A stretch of 11,352 nt of DNA, taken from contig JAAOMT010000098.1 of NCBI GenBank assembly GCA_016748015.1, positions 4,287 to 15,638 on the forward strand. The letters run 5' to 3'. The position numbers and the translations under genes are program-made. This document shows, one piece after another, positions 9,821 through 11,352 of this stretch. The notes below the pieces were generated by a model, which made no database searches, was not told the origin of the DNA, and saw only the letters and a program-made list of their open reading frames with translations. Source of the stretch: Geosiphon pyriformis uo1 (taxonomy: Eukaryota > Fungi > Glomeromycota). Positions within the stretch are counted from its first letter, which is position 1, and every line of letters starts with the position of its first letter.

Positions 9821-10932
9821 ATGGCACTCGAGCAATTCTTTCACGCTTATCTAATGATTTCGGGAATTTATTAAATAGTCAGAAATTTTCTGATGTCAGT
9901 ATTGTGGTTGAAGCAAATTTTAGCAACAAGATCACCATATTTTACTCTAGCACTCTCTAGTAATTGGGTTAAAAGGGAAAACAATGCCATTATCTTCGCC
10001 AAACCTAATATTTTACTTAAAATTCTTAAAATAATTCTCAGGTAAGGGTTTTTATTTGCTTCAAAGTATTTTAGACAACATAAATTTTTATGTTTCATTT
10101 TCCTGTAGATATATTTATAATGGCGAGATCTCTTTTGATAAACATGGAGTGCCTACCCTTTTAGAATTACTTGTTACCACTGACGAACTTATTCTAGAGA
10201 ATTTTTTTGATCCTCTTGAAGACTATTTGATTGAACACCATGCAAAAGAACTGGAAAAAAATTTGGCCATTTTGCAGAAAACTTCATTTATGCATGAAGC
10301 TTTCAAAAAGTTACAAAAATTCTGCACCGATATTGCTGCTAACAATCTAGCTATAGTCTTCAATTCCCAAGATTTCACCACCCTCAGTGAAAATGCTCTT
10401 TCCTCAATTTTAACCTGGGATGACCTAAATATAGAAGAATCTGAAATATGGGAAAAAATTGTGGAATGGGGAGTTGCTAAATTGGATAACAATATTCAGC
10501 TGAAAAACCTTCTTTACTGGACAGATGAAAACTTTAACGCCTTAAAGGAATTCATTGAAAAACTTTTACCTTTAATCCGGTTCTTTAACATATCTTCAGT
10601 TAACTTCTATCACAAAGTAAAACCATTTGCGAGAATCTTGCCTTGAACTTTATATGAAAATTTTTTACATCATTATCTCGTACCAGGGTAGTCATCAAAA
10701 TTCGGTAGATGCTCAGCCATTACGATGTTCTCGATCAAATAATGATTCAGAGTAACTTCAATTGGATAATATAAAACAGCTTGATCATTGGATTCAAGGC
10801 AAAAACGAAAATACTCCTTTTGAAGATCAACTTGGAGATGATTTTAAATTGTTACTTCGAGGCAGTCGAGACGGATTCACTCCAGCCGATTTTCATCGAT
10901 TATGTGATAATAAAGGAGCAACAGTAAGCGTA
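9821..10932 (+). pseudogene. BTB/POZ-BACK-TLDc domain protein pseudogene (type expanded in Glomeromycotina), with TLDc truncated
   Basis: Probable start ATG at 9821 (MALEQF), frameshift, SRLSNDFGNLLNSQKFSDVSIVVE, frameshift/deletion at ~9913, QILATRSPYFTLALSSNWVKRENNAIIFAKPNI..IILR, intron, YIYNGEI..DELIL (BTB). Then LSENALSSILTWDDLNIEESEIWEKIVEWG..LLPLIRFFNIS (BACK). Stops TGA 10644 and TAG 10689, frameshift at ~10704, TAA 10753. Finally FKLLLRGSRDGFTPADFHRLCDNKGATVSV, the N-terminal TLDc signature (10843-10932). Confidence 0.9.
10042..10108 (+). other. Spliceosomal GT-AG intron (67 nt, phase 2)
   Basis: CTCAG|GTAAGG...TTTCATTTTCCTGTAG|ATATATT. Splicing restores the conserved BTB motif IILR-YIYNG. 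Confidence 0.88.
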
Positions 10933-11346
10933 GAACGCAAAGAAAATCTAGAAGACGAAGAAAATCTAGCAGACGAAGAAAATCTAGAAGACGAAGAAAA
11001 TCTAAAAGACGAAGAAAACCTGGAACACAAAGAAAATCTAGCAGACGAAGGAAATCTAGAAGACGAAGAAAATCTAAAAGACGAAGAAAACCTGGAACGC
11101 AAAGAAAATCTAGCAGACGAAGAAAATCTAGAAGACGAAGAAAATCTAAAAGACGAAGAAAACCTGGAACGCAAAGAAAATCTAGCAGACGAAGAAAATT
11201 TAGAACGCAAAGAAAATTTAGAAGACGAAGAAAATCTAAAAGACGAAGAAAACCTGGAACGCAAAGAAAATCTAGCAGACGAAGAAAATTCAGAACGCAA
11301 AGAAAATCTAGAAGACGAAGAAAATCCGGAACGCAAAGGAAATGAA
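10933..11346 (+). repeat. 18-bp coding-type minisatellite, ~23 copies, encoding acidic hexapeptides (EDEENL/ADEENL/KDEENL/ERKENL)
   Basis: Consensus GAAGACGAAGAAAATCTA with an exact 18-bp period and no indels. The + frame is open from 10756 to the window end. Confidence 0.95.
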
Positions 11347-11352
11347 AGTGAA

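Noticed and set aside
10056-10646. 196-aa ORF as an intact stand-alone gene
   Set aside because: It starts inside the intron at a non-ATG codon, and homology continues past the stop. It is a fragment of the pseudogene.
10893-11336. Ser/Arg/Phe-rich 147-aa minus-strand ORF, and the minus ORFs at 9871-10098 and 10223-10492
   Set aside because: Antisense shadows. Domain motifs and synonymous variation support the + strand.

Overview
AT-rich eukaryotic scaffold segment with two N gaps. It is most likely from an arbuscular mycorrhizal fungus (Glomeromycotina), inferred from the intron-containing BTB-BACK-TLDc gene type and the low GC content. I find no intact gene. Left to right: (1) a tandem array of a ~320-365-bp monomer on + (1-1795); (2) a decayed Tc1/mariner-type transposase on - (~1924-2513), with a possible terminal repeat ending at ~2727; (3) a second array of the same monomer on - (2728-~4320); (4) a long inverted repeat whose arms are satellite array + purine/pyrimidine tract + ~0.75 kb unique AT-rich DNA (left arm to 6028, right arm from 6695), ending in a third array on + (~7667-8382); (5) a frameshifted BTB-BACK-TLDc pseudogene (9821-10932) whose TLDc domain breaks off and runs in frame into ~23 copies of an 18-bp repeat encoding acidic hexapeptides (10933-11346). 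Most short ORFs in the supplied track are artefacts of the satellite. The best candidates for novelty are the hairpin-rich, A-tailed monomer within its foldback-like arrangement, and the TLDc/acidic-repeat junction. All alignments and foldings were done by eye.
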